A stretch of DNA of 64,000 bases from a virus, in IMG/VR virus record IMGVR_UViG_3300024319_000003, positions 1 through 64,000 of that record; one strand, given 5' to 3'. The translations under genes and the position numbers were made by a program. Below, in pieces: positions 29,031 to 38,661 of this stretch (positions are counted from its first letter, which is position 1; every line of letters starts with the position of its first letter). The notes below the pieces were generated by a model that saw nothing but the letters and a program-made list of their open reading frames with translations, was not told the origin of the DNA and ran no database searches.

Positions 29031-29660
29031 ATGGCAAGACCGTCTAAAATAATTAGCAAAGAAGCAATGCTAAGAGCTCAGAAGATGACTCGTTCGAATA
29101 TGGCAGCAGCTAGGTACCTGCATGTGTCATATAACCACTATAAGAAGTACGCAAAGATGTACAAGAACGATGAAGGTCAGACTTTATTAGAGGCTCATAT
29201 GAATCAAGAGGGGAAGGGCATACCAAAGTTCTTAACAAACGGAGGGAAAGAACCTCCCCTCATTGATCTCATAGAAGGTAGAATCCCAGTAGAACACTTT
29301 GATGCTAAAAAAATTAAACAGAGATTAATCTTCGAAGGAATGATTGAAGAGATCTGTGCCAATTGTGGATTTACAGAGAGAAGAGTAACAGACACAAAAG
29401 TTCCAGTAATACTAAGTTTTAAGGACGGTAACAAGAAAAACTATCATTTAGACAATTTAGAGTTCCTCTGCTATAATTGTTCTTTTCTTTATGCGGTAGA
29501 TCCAATTGAAGAGAAACAAGCAGAGGCAATGGAAGATTACGTTAAAACCAAAGTAGACGAACCTGATTGGGAGTTAGACGAGCATCATATAGAGCATTTA
29601 AAAGAACTAGGACTATATGAAGAAGAAAAACCCGGAGAAGAGTTTATATCTAGACAATAA
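29031..29660 (+). CDS. HTH plus degenerate HNH-like zinc-binding protein
   Basis: SNMAAARYLHVSY; CANC...KDGNKKN...NLEFLCYNC. Confidence 0.65.
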   Translation: MARPSKIISKEAMLRAQKMTRSNMAAARYLHVSYNHYKKYAKMYKNDEGQTLLEAHMNQEGKGIPKFLTNGGKEPPLIDLIEGRIPVEHFDAKKIKQRLIFEGMIEEICANCGFTERRVTDTKVPVILSFKDGNKKNYHLDNLEFLCYNCSFLYAVDPIEEKQAEAMEDYVKTKVDEPDWELDEHHIEHLKELGLYEEEKPGEEFISRQ

Positions 29661-29919
29661 TAATATTTATTAGTAAATGTATAATTACAAAATGAAAAAA
29701 GTAAAACAAATAATTTGGGAGTATTGGATTAAACCTTGGCATAAATTATAAAAATATGGCTAAGAAGAAAAAAAACAAACTTTCTACTTTTAAAAAAAAG
29801 AAACCTCTCGAAAGAAAAGTTGCTGATGATCTAGTAAGGCAACATGAACGTAATGAAAAGTTACGTGAGAAAAATATCAATACCTCTTTCTTAGATTTAT
29901 TTTAACTAAAAACACTATT

Positions 29920-30501
29920 ATGAAAAGAATGTTAATGTTATTACTATGTTCAATTCTATTCTGTACACTCACAGCTTTAACCTATAAAGCAACTAAAGTA
30001 CAAAGAGTTACAGTATTAAAATCTAAACCTATACAACCTTTAGAGATTAAAAGTATAGAAATTAAAGAACTGCCTAAAGCTAAAGATCATTACGCTTTCC
30101 TAAATGACTTAGGTTTTAAAGAGTCCGGAAATAAATACACAATTGTTAACAGTTACGGGTACATGGGTAGATATCAATTTGGAATGGCAACACTTAAAGG
30201 GTTGGGATTTAAAGTTACAAAAGAAGAATTTTTAAATAATCCAAAGATACAAGAACAAGCTATGGATGCTCTACTCAGACACAACAAAAAGAAACTTAAG
30301 AGGTATATTCGTAAATATGAAGGACAAGTTATACACGGAGTACTTATAACAGAATCTGGAATTCTAGCAGCAGCACATTTAGGAGGACAGGGAAACGTTC
30401 GTAAGTTTTTTAAATCTGGATTTGAATTTCAAGATGGATTTGGGACTTCTATAACTTTATATATGGAAAAGTTTAGTGGGTATAAGTTGCTTCTTAACTA
30501 A
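29920..30501 (+). CDS. Lysozyme/lytic-transglycosylase-like protein with N-terminal hydrophobic segment
   Basis: GFKESGN, NSYGYMGRYQF, AAAHLGG. Confidence 0.75.
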   Translation: MKRMLMLLLCSILFCTLTALTYKATKVQRVTVLKSKPIQPLEIKSIEIKELPKAKDHYAFLNDLGFKESGNKYTIVNSYGYMGRYQFGMATLKGLGFKVTKEEFLNNPKIQEQAMDALLRHNKKKLKRYIRKYEGQVIHGVLITESGILAAAHLGGQGNVRKFFKSGFEFQDGFGTSITLYMEKFSGYKLLLN

Positions 30502-30518
30502 ATATTTCGTATATTTAG
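30485..30518 (+). promoter_or_regulatory. Representative Bacteroidetes-type primary-sigma promoter (about 20 copies in the window)
   Basis: (A)GTTG-N19/20-TATATT(T/A); copies near 2871, 5671, 6165, 16503, 18408, 28556, 31888, 33750, 34351, 34643, 35781, 36851, 38133, 38584, 42822, 43208, 45248, 46308 (+) and 44709-44741 (-); resembles the TTG / TAnnTTTG -33/-7 consensus. Confidence 0.85.
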
Positions 30519-30558
30519 ATATAAATGATTAGGTAATTAAAATAAAGGTTATGACAAA
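30499..30558 (+). repeat. 60-bp promoter-leader direct repeat, copy 1
   Basis: Identical to 36865-36924; near-identical to 33768-33821. Confidence 0.95.
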
Positions 30559-30832
30559 AACAGAGTTAAAAAGATTACAGACAAAAGAAGTTATTAACTT
30601 ACTAGAAAGTAAATTTAAAGCTGAAAACTTTGACAATGATCAAGGAAGCTATTTCACATTTAATATTGGAGATTTTGAAGGATCATTAATGCGTAGAGAT
30701 TTTGACGTTATGTTTAATGATGCTATGAGAATGGGTCCTGGATTTAGTGATGAAGAGTATGCTGTTAGAGATGCTGCTTTAGTGTTAGAAGAGGCTGTTA
30801 ATAAAGAAATCCAAGTTTATTTAAATAAGTAA
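30551..30832 (+). CDS. Hypothetical early protein
   Basis: Promoter plus aaaggttATG leader. Confidence 0.75.
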   Translation: MTKTELKRLQTKEVINLLESKFKAENFDNDQGSYFTFNIGDFEGSLMRRDFDVMFNDAMRMGPGFSDEEYAVRDAALVLEEAVNKEIQVYLNK

Positions 30833-30838
30833 AAGGTT

Positions 30839-31066
30839 ATGGTATTAAATAAAATGAAAACAGTGCAAAAGGTTATAGACCTTATCGCTGAAAAGCAGCT
30901 TATGGGAGAAGAACTTCCGGAATTATCAAATGATAGAATTGAAGCAATAGCAGACTCTATTTTGTTTGAATGGAACGATGCTTATGAAGGCTTCGGATAC
31001 CCAGAAGAGTTTAACAATTTAGTTAAATGGAATTTAGAACAAAACATACTACATTGGAATGGGTGA
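30839..31066 (+). CDS. Hypothetical protein
   Basis: aaaggttATG leader. Confidence 0.7.
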   Translation: MVLNKMKTVQKVIDLIAEKQLMGEELPELSNDRIEAIADSILFEWNDAYEGFGYPEEFNNLVKWNLEQNILHWNG

Positions 31067-31373
31067 GAAAAGAGGAAGAACAGAAAAGATTAGGTATGAT
31101 TTTGATACCGCAGGTGTGTTAGAAATATTCTTAAATGAGAAATGGTATAGAGTTACTTCAAGCGATTTTAGATCTTTCAATGGTCCGAGAAGGATAACAC
31201 TTCCAGATTATGTAGAACATGGGAACGTTAAAGTACCTCTTACAACGTATGAGTATGAAGGCCCTATTTACGCTTGGGGAACTAACTACATGGTGCCGTT
31301 TACAAATGATGGTAAAATAGTACCAAGTGAGGAATTAAATAAGAGGAATAAACAATCAATGTTAAGACAATAG
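31059..31373 (+). CDS. Hypothetical protein
   Basis: Packed ORF. Confidence 0.7.
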   Translation: MGEKRGRTEKIRYDFDTAGVLEIFLNEKWYRVTSSDFRSFNGPRRITLPDYVEHGNVKVPLTTYEYEGPIYAWGTNYMVPFTNDGKIVPSEELNKRNKQSMLRQ

Positions 31374-31377
31374 GTAA

Positions 31378-31692
31378 ATGAAAAGGAAATTACTATATAA
31401 AAACCAAGAAGAATTCTCACAGGCTTTTAAGAAAAATAATAACGATATTACTAACCTGATGGTTGAAGGTATTACTGAAGCATTTAATAACAAAAAGAAA
31501 TCAGCACAACTATTTACGATAGGTTTTGAAGATGAAGATGAATATACTTTTGAAGTTACTTTACCTTCTACTCAATGGGTGATTGCATTAGAGCAATGTT
31601 TAAAGAATTACGAGTCTTGGGATATGAGCGATGAAATTATAGACACATACCTACTAATTAAAAAAGTTAAGGAATGGCTAACTATAAAGTAG
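31378..31692 (+). CDS. Hypothetical protein
   Basis: Packed ORF. Confidence 0.7.
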   Translation: MKRKLLYKNQEEFSQAFKKNNNDITNLMVEGITEAFNNKKKSAQLFTIGFEDEDEYTFEVTLPSTQWVIALEQCLKNYESWDMSDEIIDTYLLIKKVKEWLTIK

Positions 31693-31871
31693 TAGAATTT
31701 AATGGAGAAATGTTTCAATTAATTAGAAGGATTAAAGTATCTCAAGTTAATGGAAATATGGAGGGACTTAAAGCATGGAGAGATATGTTACATTGTGACC
31801 ATGTCTTAAGAGCAGGAGAAGAATTCCTAATGGTTAGGTTTGTAGAGGATATAGAGTATGAAACTCTATAA
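31674..31871 (+). CDS. Hypothetical protein
   Basis: Packed ORF. Confidence 0.65.
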   Translation: MANYKVVEFNGEMFQLIRRIKVSQVNGNMEGLKAWRDMLHCDHVLRAGEEFLMVRFVEDIEYETL

Positions 31872-31951
31872 AAATAGTTAGTGAGTTAGTTGCCTCACAA
31901 AGATAAATTTCGTATATTTAAGTATAATTATTAATCTAAAAAAAGAATATT

Positions 31952-32797
31952 ATGTCAGATGTAATGTTAAGTTTTAAAGGAGATCAGTCATACATGACTA
32001 AAGATCAATTAAAAGAAGTTTGCCCATTGGCATTCGCAAAAGAAGCTACTAACCCTAAAGTTAGTGGTAAGTATCTATTCGTCAATACAGAAACAATTGT
32101 TGATGACCTAGATAAATTAGGTTGGAAACCAGTCCAAGCTGCTCAAAGAAAAGGTAGAGGAGGTTCTACTATTTTCAGTAAGCATATGGTTGCATTTCAG
32201 AACCCAGATATTATGATAAAAGGAGAAAACGGAGACGATTCTTTTCCTAGAATTATTATGACAAACTCTCACGACGGTATGCAAGCTTTTAAGTTTAGTG
32301 TAGGTATTTATAGATTAGTTTGTTCAAACGGTTTAGTTGTCGCTGATGAAGAGTTTAGTGATTTCAAAATTAAACATAAAGGATATACCTTTGAAGAGCT
32401 TAGAGGAGTAGTAAATCAAGCTGTAGAAGATTTACCTAATAAAGTTGAAGTTTTAAATCAAATGAAAAACAGAGTACTTTCAAAAGAAGAGAAAGATACT
32501 TTAGCTTTACATGCTATGTTAATTAGAGCAGGAATTAAAATTGATTCCCCTCAAGCAAAGAAGTTTAACTACGATGATGAAACTATTGAAGATATCCTTG
32601 ATCCTAAAAGAGATGAAGATAAGGGTGATGATTTATGGAGAGTCTTTAATGTTATTCAAGAGAAAATTACTCAAGGAGAGTTTAGTGCAGCTTTAAAAGG
32701 TGCTAAAGTCCGTAAGGTAAGAAAGATTAAATCTTTTGAAAAAGAGTTAAAAGTAAATAAGCAGTTATTTCAACTAGCTACTGCACTAATAAATTAA
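31952..32797 (+). CDS. DUF932/DUF945-family protein
   Basis: SKHMVAF, NSHDG, GIYRLVCSNGL, DLWRVFNVIQE. Confidence 0.85.
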   Translation: MSDVMLSFKGDQSYMTKDQLKEVCPLAFAKEATNPKVSGKYLFVNTETIVDDLDKLGWKPVQAAQRKGRGGSTIFSKHMVAFQNPDIMIKGENGDDSFPRIIMTNSHDGMQAFKFSVGIYRLVCSNGLVVADEEFSDFKIKHKGYTFEELRGVVNQAVEDLPNKVEVLNQMKNRVLSKEEKDTLALHAMLIRAGIKIDSPQAKKFNYDDETIEDILDPKRDEDKGDDLWRVFNVIQEKITQGEFSAALKGAKVRKVRKIKSFEKELKVNKQLFQLATALIN

Positions 32798-32815
32798 TAA
32801 CCAAAACTAATTAAA

Positions 32816-33004
32816 ATGACAGAATCATATTATTTTCCAGCGATTAAAGTAAATGCTAAGATAGCAGAAATAATCGACTCAGGACATCACATAGAAATTG
32901 CAGGATATATCTATGAGAGGTTAACTAAAAAACCAAGAGGTAGATCAATAGCAAGAAAGCTTTTCAATACCAATACTAACGAGCGTTTTGTAATTTACGG
33001 GTAA
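32816..33004 (+). CDS. Hypothetical protein
   Basis: Packed ORF. Confidence 0.55.
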   Translation: MTESYYFPAIKVNAKIAEIIDSGHHIEIAGYIYERLTKKPRGRSIARKLFNTNTNERFVIYG

Positions 33005-33360
33005 TGGTAGTAGTTAAGGATTTACTAATAGGAGCAGGATTATTCAGCATAGCTCACATACTTACATTTTACCAGCTTAATGGTCAGTTTTTAAAGTCTA
33101 CTGATTGGTTTAAAAACAATGTAACACTCGTAGCTGCAGCAGGAATAATCCTCTCCTTCTTCTACATTTGGGGAACGAAGTATACTGTTTCCGGAATGGA
33201 TGGATTATTATGGCCAGCACGGTTTATGGGGTTTGGAGTTGGTATGATCATATACGCTATATTAGTTAACTATCACTTTAATGAAGGCATAACTCCAAAG
33301 ACAGCAGTTAGTTTAGCGTTAGCGTTACTATTAATTTGTATACAGGTATTGTGGAAGTAG
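33004..33360 (+). CDS. Four-TM membrane protein (DMT/SMR-like topology)
   Basis: Four hydrophobic helices in 118 aa. Confidence 0.65.
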   Translation: MVVVKDLLIGAGLFSIAHILTFYQLNGQFLKSTDWFKNNVTLVAAAGIILSFFYIWGTKYTVSGMDGLLWPARFMGFGVGMIIYAILVNYHFNEGITPKTAVSLALALLLICIQVLWK

Positions 33361-33507
33361 AATATTTATATAAAAGATAAGAATGAAAAAATCAGAAATT
33401 ATAGCAAAGATTTTAGAACTTAAAGTCAAAAAAGGAGTTAGATCTATAGCAGAAAAGTTAAAGATACAAAAGCTTCAACAAAAATTAGAACAGTTTTATA
33501 ATAAAAA

Positions 33508-33699
33508 ATGAATTATATATTAGCATATATAGGATTAGGACTGCTATGGGCAGGCTGGTTAGAGTGGTACTGTACAAGTTACTTAGAAGAACCATATAAT
33601 GTGGATTTCACTCTAAAAGAAAGAATATTTCACAGCTGCTTATGGCCAGTTTCACTTGGAGTCTTCATTTTTAATATAGGTAGAGACTGTTTAAAGTAG
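33508..33699 (+). CDS. Small membrane protein
   Basis: Two hydrophobic segments, LWP motif. Confidence 0.6.
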   Translation: MNYILAYIGLGLLWAGWLEWYCTSYLEEPYNVDFTLKERIFHSCLWPVSLGVFIFNIGRDCLK

Positions 33700-33817
33700 T
33701 TACTAACTTAAAGATTATTTAGTACTATACGTAAAAATAACTTAGTAAGTAGTTGGAGGCTATTGTTATATTTCATATATTTAGATATAAATGATTAGGT
33801 AATTAAAAATAAAGGTT

Positions 33818-34108
33818 ATGAAAACATTCAAAGACATTAAGTTTAAACAACATAAATTAGGTAAAGGTCACATTCAAGGACTACTTAAACTATCCAACGG
33901 TATTGAATTTTCAGTTGTAGCAGGTAAAGGTATGTACAGCACAGGAAAAGGTGGTGTTAGAGAAGCAATTGATAAAGTTGAAGATGCTTCTTCATTTGAG
34001 GTAGCTGTATTTGATCAAGATGGAAATTTTATTGGTGCCGATAATGACTTAGTTTTAGGATGGCAATCAAGAGAAGATATTGATAAATTAATTCAAATTC
34101 ACTCATAA
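33818..34108 (+). CDS. Hypothetical early protein
   Basis: Promoter-leader cassette; SFEVAVFD. Confidence 0.75.
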   Translation: MKTFKDIKFKQHKLGKGHIQGLLKLSNGIEFSVVAGKGMYSTGKGGVREAIDKVEDASSFEVAVFDQDGNFIGADNDLVLGWQSREDIDKLIQIHS

Positions 34109-34109
34109 G

Positions 34110-34349
34110 ATGGATAAGGAAAACAAAAGGTACGTAGTGCAAATGGAAATGTACGTTTATGCTGATAATGATTATATGGCTAAGAAACGAGCTAATGATT
34201 TAAGATTATCATTAGAGAACAGACGACATTCTCAAGATGTAACTGTTAAAGAGATAGGTGAGCAACCATTTGCTAGTTTTGATTATCGTAAGTTAGATGA
34301 TCCTACCTTTACACCTAAGGATAAGTCTGAAGCACCTCTACCCTTTTAA
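34110..34349 (+). CDS. Hypothetical protein
   Basis: Packed ORF. Confidence 0.7.
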   Translation: MDKENKRYVVQMEMYVYADNDYMAKKRANDLRLSLENRRHSQDVTVKEIGEQPFASFDYRKLDDPTFTPKDKSEAPLPF

Positions 34350-34409
34350 AAGTTGGTTCTTACAATTATTTTTCGTATATTAAGGTATATTAATAAAGCA
34401 ATAAAAGTT

Positions 34410-34640
34410 ATGTTTAGAATAGATTTAGATAGAGAAATGGCCTGGGTTACTTTCCTAGGAGATGGATTTGAAAAGATATGGCACCCAGTAACAGATGCTT
34501 CCGGAAAGCAGTTAATGTGGTCAGAAGATATTATGGATTTTTGTAGAGCTCAATTTAATGTAAAGGAATGTTGGGTTTCTTTCGGAATTGCTCCTACTAG
34601 TCAGATGATAGTACAAAATTCAGTAAGAGATAACATGTAA
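34410..34640 (+). CDS. Hypothetical early protein (ATG at 34410; the track start lies inside the promoter)
   Basis: aaagttATG leader. Confidence 0.7.
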   Translation: MFRIDLDREMAWVTFLGDGFEKIWHPVTDASGKQLMWSEDIMDFCRAQFNVKECWVSFGIAPTSQMIVQNSVRDNM

Positions 34641-34718
34641 TATAGTTGCTAGTTACAATTATTTTTCTTATATTTAGATATAAAGTTAGGAAGTTAATTA
34701 TTAATTAAAATAAAGGTT

Positions 34719-35498
34719 ATGACAAAAATTGAAATCATTGAAGAGATTATCGTTAAAAAGCAAGAGGAATTAAAAAAAGCTAATGCTATTGGTAAGAAGC
34801 TAGAACAAGCTAAAGTAGATGTTATGTTCGACGTAATGGAGAAATACTTTGGAGGAGAGTTTACTCTAGACGATGTCTATATTAAGAAGCCAACAGGTGG
34901 GTACTCTGGTACTACTTATGAAGTTAAGAGACCTAACAAAGAGTATAAATACGATAAGGAGTTAATGACTATTAGGTTTAATGAGGATTGGAGAACTAAC
35001 GAGATAGATAGTATAAATACTAGTCTTTACTCTACTACAGATAACTCTCAATGGGAATTAGAACGAATCTTTACTAATGGTGAAATAGCTAAAGTATTAT
35101 TAGATCACGGAGATGATATATTAGCTGAAATGAATGTTGTTAGATTGACTAACAAAAAGGAGATTGATGCTGCTAGAACTGAGATTTATAAAATAGAGGT
35201 TTCTATTACTAACTTAAAGTCTGAGATTAATACTATATATCTTGATGAGGCTACTGAGAAGCTTGAAGGTGAAGGACTAGTATTTGGAGAAGGTAAGAAA
35301 GGTGCTATAGATATTAAATGGGACTGGACTATAAGAAGTATTAACTCTGCTAAGATACTAAGTAAAACTGCTTCAGGTAAGTCTTGTAATATAGAGATTC
35401 AAGCTTATGATTATGAACCAGTAGTATACGAAAAGGTTCGTATGAGTAATGTAGAAGCATTACTATGGCAATATAGAAACTATGCAATTAACGCATAA
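34719..35498 (+). CDS. Hypothetical early protein
   Basis: 259-aa ORF after a promoter-leader cassette. Confidence 0.8.
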   Translation: MTKIEIIEEIIVKKQEELKKANAIGKKLEQAKVDVMFDVMEKYFGGEFTLDDVYIKKPTGGYSGTTYEVKRPNKEYKYDKELMTIRFNEDWRTNEIDSINTSLYSTTDNSQWELERIFTNGEIAKVLLDHGDDILAEMNVVRLTNKKEIDAARTEIYKIEVSITNLKSEINTIYLDEATEKLEGEGLVFGEGKKGAIDIKWDWTIRSINSAKILSKTASGKSCNIEIQAYDYEPVVYEKVRMSNVEALLWQYRNYAINA

Positions 35499-35508
35499 TG
35501 AAGAAGGA

Positions 35509-35582
35509 GGATCAGTAGCTCAGCTGGATAGAGCATCGCCCTTCTAAGGCGACGGTCGTAGGTTCGAATCCTACCTGGTTCA
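35509..35582 (+). tRNA. tRNA-Arg(TCT)
   Basis: Cloverleaf: ggatcag/ctggttc acceptor, agctcagctggatagagc D arm, tcgcc-cttctaa-ggcga anticodon arm, ggttcgaatcc T arm; CCA not encoded. Confidence 0.95.
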
Positions 35583-35585
35583 CAA

Positions 35586-35691
35586 TGTAGGGGAGAAAAA
35601 CGTAAAATCCTAAAGTGTAATCGACGGATTGCACGAAGCTTTAGGTTGGGACTCTGAGTGTGAAAGCCGGCTAAAGAGTGAAGCCCCTCAA
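35586..35691 (+). ncRNA. Candidate structured RNA between the two tRNAs
   Basis: agggg/cccct closing stem, cctaaag/ctttagg, gtgtaatc/gattgcac, actct/agagt. Confidence 0.5.
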
Positions 35692-35698
35692 ATATTTT

Positions 35699-35772
35699 GG
35701 ACTTTTAGCTCAGTTGGTTAGAGCACCGCACTCATAATGCGTAGGTCGATGGTTCGAGTCCATCAAGGTCCA
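35699..35772 (+). tRNA. tRNA with CAT anticodon, probably tRNA-Ile2 (lysidine type) rather than Met
   Basis: Cloverleaf with ctcataa loop; G1-C72 paired and no GGG/CCC anticodon stem, so not initiator; C4-G69 as in Ile2. Confidence 0.9.
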
Positions 35773-35823
35773 CCGGGAAAAAGTTGCTAGTCTGCAGTTT
35801 TTTTCTTATATTTAGATATAAAG

Positions 35824-36306
35824 ATGAGAGAAATGAATGTTTGGTATTTACACGGTTTAGAGAGTGAGCAAGGAGGCCCTAAAGTAGACTTTTTATATAA
35901 TAAAGCTACTAGAGTTTATGCTCCTAAAATGGATTATAATCATCCTGAGATGTTCAGTAGTCTACTTAAAATGGCTAAGCACAACAAACCAGACTTGATT
36001 ATAGGTTCTTCTATGGGAGGATACTTTGCTGATGCATTAGGTAGTCATCTTGATGTAGAAGTTTTGCTTTTTAATCCTGCTCTTCATAGTAGAATATTTG
36101 AACCAGAAGGCGTTAGTTACGGTGAAAGTAATTGGAAAAGAAATATCGTTGTTGGATCTGAAGATAAAGTTATTCCTCCTGCAATGACTAAAGTGCTTAA
36201 AGGAATAGTTCATACATGGACTGAGATAAAAGGAATGGGGCATAGAACCTCGTTAAATGTTTTTAAAGATATTTATAATAAATTGATATTAAATGAAACT
36301 ATTTAA
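35824..36306 (+). CDS. YqiA/YcfP-like alpha/beta hydrolase (esterase)
   Basis: YLHG, IGSSMGG, FNPA, EDKVI, GMGH. Confidence 0.9.
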   Translation: MREMNVWYLHGLESEQGGPKVDFLYNKATRVYAPKMDYNHPEMFSSLLKMAKHNKPDLIIGSSMGGYFADALGSHLDVEVLLFNPALHSRIFEPEGVSYGESNWKRNIVVGSEDKVIPPAMTKVLKGIVHTWTEIKGMGHRTSLNVFKDIYNKLILNETI

Positions 36307-36829
36307 AATAATAAGCGAGCTATCTGCTTTCAAAAAAAATACCTGGAGGCCATTAACTGCTCCAGAACTAGCACAATCGAAAGAAGAGCTATACGATTTA
36401 ATTAATAATGCTTATGCACCAATAGGTGGACATCCAAACTTAAAAGGACCAGATGATATTCCCAATATAGGGGATACGTTATCTGTTATCGATGTGGATG
36501 CTGATCCAGAAGCAGATGCAGTAGCTGTTACTAAAAATAGAACAGGCGGAACAAAGCACGTAGCAATGGGACATGATGGAGGTAAATCAGCTAAGTCTTC
36601 TGTAGTTAATAAGACAGCTGATGATTTAAAAAAACAAGGTCACTATATAGAGGTTTCCGGAAAAATACTAGATATACTAAAAGCAAAAGGAGTAGAGATA
36701 GTTGATGATGAAGAAATGGTAACTAGCGTACTCAAAGGTAAAAGCATAGTTTGGCACTATGATGGGACATACACCAGAATAATAGGTGGACAGAAACATC
36801 GAAAAGTGCTAATGGGGAAGCCTAAATAA
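36293..36829 (+). CDS. Hypothetical protein
   Basis: 178-aa ORF, TATTTAT upstream. Confidence 0.75.
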   Translation: MKLFKIISELSAFKKNTWRPLTAPELAQSKEELYDLINNAYAPIGGHPNLKGPDDIPNIGDTLSVIDVDADPEADAVAVTKNRTGGTKHVAMGHDGGKSAKSSVVNKTADDLKKQGHYIEVSGKILDILKAKGVEIVDDEEMVTSVLKGKSIVWHYDGTYTRIIGGQKHRKVLMGKPK

Positions 36830-36864
36830 ACCTAAAATAACCAACATAATGGTTGGTTCGTATG

Positions 36865-36924
36865 TAAATATTTCGTATATTTAGATATAAATGATTAGGT
36901 AATTAAAATAAAGGTTATGACAAA
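36865..36924 (+). repeat. 60-bp promoter-leader direct repeat, copy 2
   Basis: Identical to 30499-30558. Confidence 0.95.
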
Positions 36925-37657
36925 TGTAAAGACAGTAAAAATGGAGGATCTAAAGTTTGATTCTCAACTATTCCGTCCTATGAAATCTGGACGAGTTATT
37001 GATGCTCACTTCTCTTCTGAAGGAGGGCTTATGAAAGGTACTAATTACGCTATTGTAGGAGATCCAGGAATTGGTAAGACTACGGTAATGTTAGATATGT
37101 TAGCAGACTTAAAAACGAAAGGTCAAAAAGTATTATTTATATCTGGTGAGATGAATCAGATAGATATGTACGGATACGTTAAGCGTTACCCTAAGTTTGG
37201 TAGTTTAGATATTCTATTCATGGGAGACTACTGCGAAGAAAATTGCTTAGATGTAATCAAGAATGTTTTATCAGAAGGATACGATACTGTACTAATTGAT
37301 TCTATGGCAGAGATAGTTAATGGAGTTGTGGATACTGCTAAAGGTTACTACTCTTCAAAGAAAGCTGAGACTGATATCTTAAACTTATTTGAAACTCATA
37401 ATATGGGAGACAATGATTCTAAGATTAATACTTCATTCTTAGTTATTCAACAAGTTACTAAGCAAGGAGAGTTTGCTGGTAGTAATCGATTCAAGCATAT
37501 GATGACTGGAATGGCTCATATGAAATGGACTAAGGAAGGTGATCGAATGTTTTACTTAAGTAAGAATCGTCGAGGAGGAGATATGTCAAAACGTATGTTT
37601 AACCTTAGCACTCATAACCGTATTGGATGGATGGGTACTTATGTTGACCAGGATTAA
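36917..37657 (+). CDS. RecA-fold ATPase, RadA/Sms-like
   Basis: GDPGIGKTT, FISGE, VLIDS, QVTKQGEFAG, SKNR. Confidence 0.85.
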   Translation: MTNVKTVKMEDLKFDSQLFRPMKSGRVIDAHFSSEGGLMKGTNYAIVGDPGIGKTTVMLDMLADLKTKGQKVLFISGEMNQIDMYGYVKRYPKFGSLDILFMGDYCEENCLDVIKNVLSEGYDTVLIDSMAEIVNGVVDTAKGYYSSKKAETDILNLFETHNMGDNDSKINTSFLVIQQVTKQGEFAGSNRFKHMMTGMAHMKWTKEGDRMFYLSKNRRGGDMSKRMFNLSTHNRIGWMGTYVDQD

Positions 37658-37660
37658 TAA

Positions 37661-37981
37661 ATGAGCAAAACGTATACTATCCCTAGAACTAATGTAGGCA
37701 AAGGAGGATTTTTTCATATAGGAGGTAAAAGGTATCATGGGCCTACTTGGATTGAAGTAGAAGAGGATACAACTTTTGACGATATAAAGTTTGAAGAAAA
37801 ACCTTTTGCCGAGCTATTTAAAGAGGAAGATAAGCAATGGAAGTTTACCTCCGCAAGATCCGGCGAAGAATATATAGTAAGGTATAATATAAGAAAAGAG
37901 CTTAGCTGCAGTTGCTGGGGGTATATAGCTCATAAGAAGTGCAAACATATTAAACAAGTAAAAGAAGAAATAAATGATTGA
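37661..37981 (+). CDS. SWIM zinc-finger protein
   Basis: SCSC...KCKHI. Confidence 0.8.
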   Translation: MSKTYTIPRTNVGKGGFFHIGGKRYHGPTWIEVEEDTTFDDIKFEEKPFAELFKEEDKQWKFTSARSGEEYIVRYNIRKELSCSCWGYIAHKKCKHIKQVKEEIND

Positions 37982-38135
37982 AGTAATAAAGCATACATTA
38001 GGAATCTGTGGAGAGCACTGGCACCCAAACGTCATAACCTTGTTAGCCGGCTCTCCATTGATCCTAACTACTTACCACTACATAAAGAGTTGCTGCGGAG
38101 GATGGTTCAAGCATAAGAAAAACTGCAAGAAATAG
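37974..38135 (+). CDS. Small Cys/His-rich protein (53 aa, not in ORF track)
   Basis: MIEVIKHTLGICGEHWHPN...CCGG...; fills the gap between neighbours. Confidence 0.6.
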   Translation: MIEVIKHTLGICGEHWHPNVITLLAGSPLILTTYHYIKSCCGGWFKHKKNCKK

Positions 38136-38192
38136 TTGTCTAGGAACTTAATTATTCGTATATTAAGGTATAATAAGAAAGCAATAAAGGTT

Positions 38193-38582
38193 ATGACATT
38201 ACAGCAAGTTCAAAAAATTATTAAAGAGATTTATCCCAAGATTGAAAAGCATTATGGTTTTTCTAAATTCCTTCCGGAAGAGACTCCTTACGTTGAAACT
38301 CATTACAATATCTATGCTAGACATAGTGGAGAGCCGGAAGCGGAAGGTGAAGAGGATGGATGTCAAGCTGAGTATGATAGAACTGATAACAGTATTGTAA
38401 TATACTGGCCTAACATGAAAAGCAGAAAACATATCATCGAGACTTTAGTTCATGAATATCAGCATTACTTGCAATCTCCATCATGGTTTAAACGTTACTA
38501 TAACATGGGGTATAACTATAATGATCATCCGTATGAAGTTGCAGCATATGCAGAAGAAATTAACTGGAAACTTTTTAACTAA
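38193..38582 (+). CDS. HExxH metallopeptidase-like protein (ATG at 38193)
   Basis: TLVHEYQHYLQ...HPYEVAAY. Confidence 0.75.
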   Translation: MTLQQVQKIIKEIYPKIEKHYGFSKFLPEETPYVETHYNIYARHSGEPEAEGEEDGCQAEYDRTDNSIVIYWPNMKSRKHIIETLVHEYQHYLQSPSWFKRYYNMGYNYNDHPYEVAAYAEEINWKLFN

Positions 38583-38661
38583 ATAGTTGCCTAGGAACTT
38601 AATTCTTCTTATATTTAGATATAGAGTTAGGAAGTTAATATTAATTAAATAAATAAAGGTT

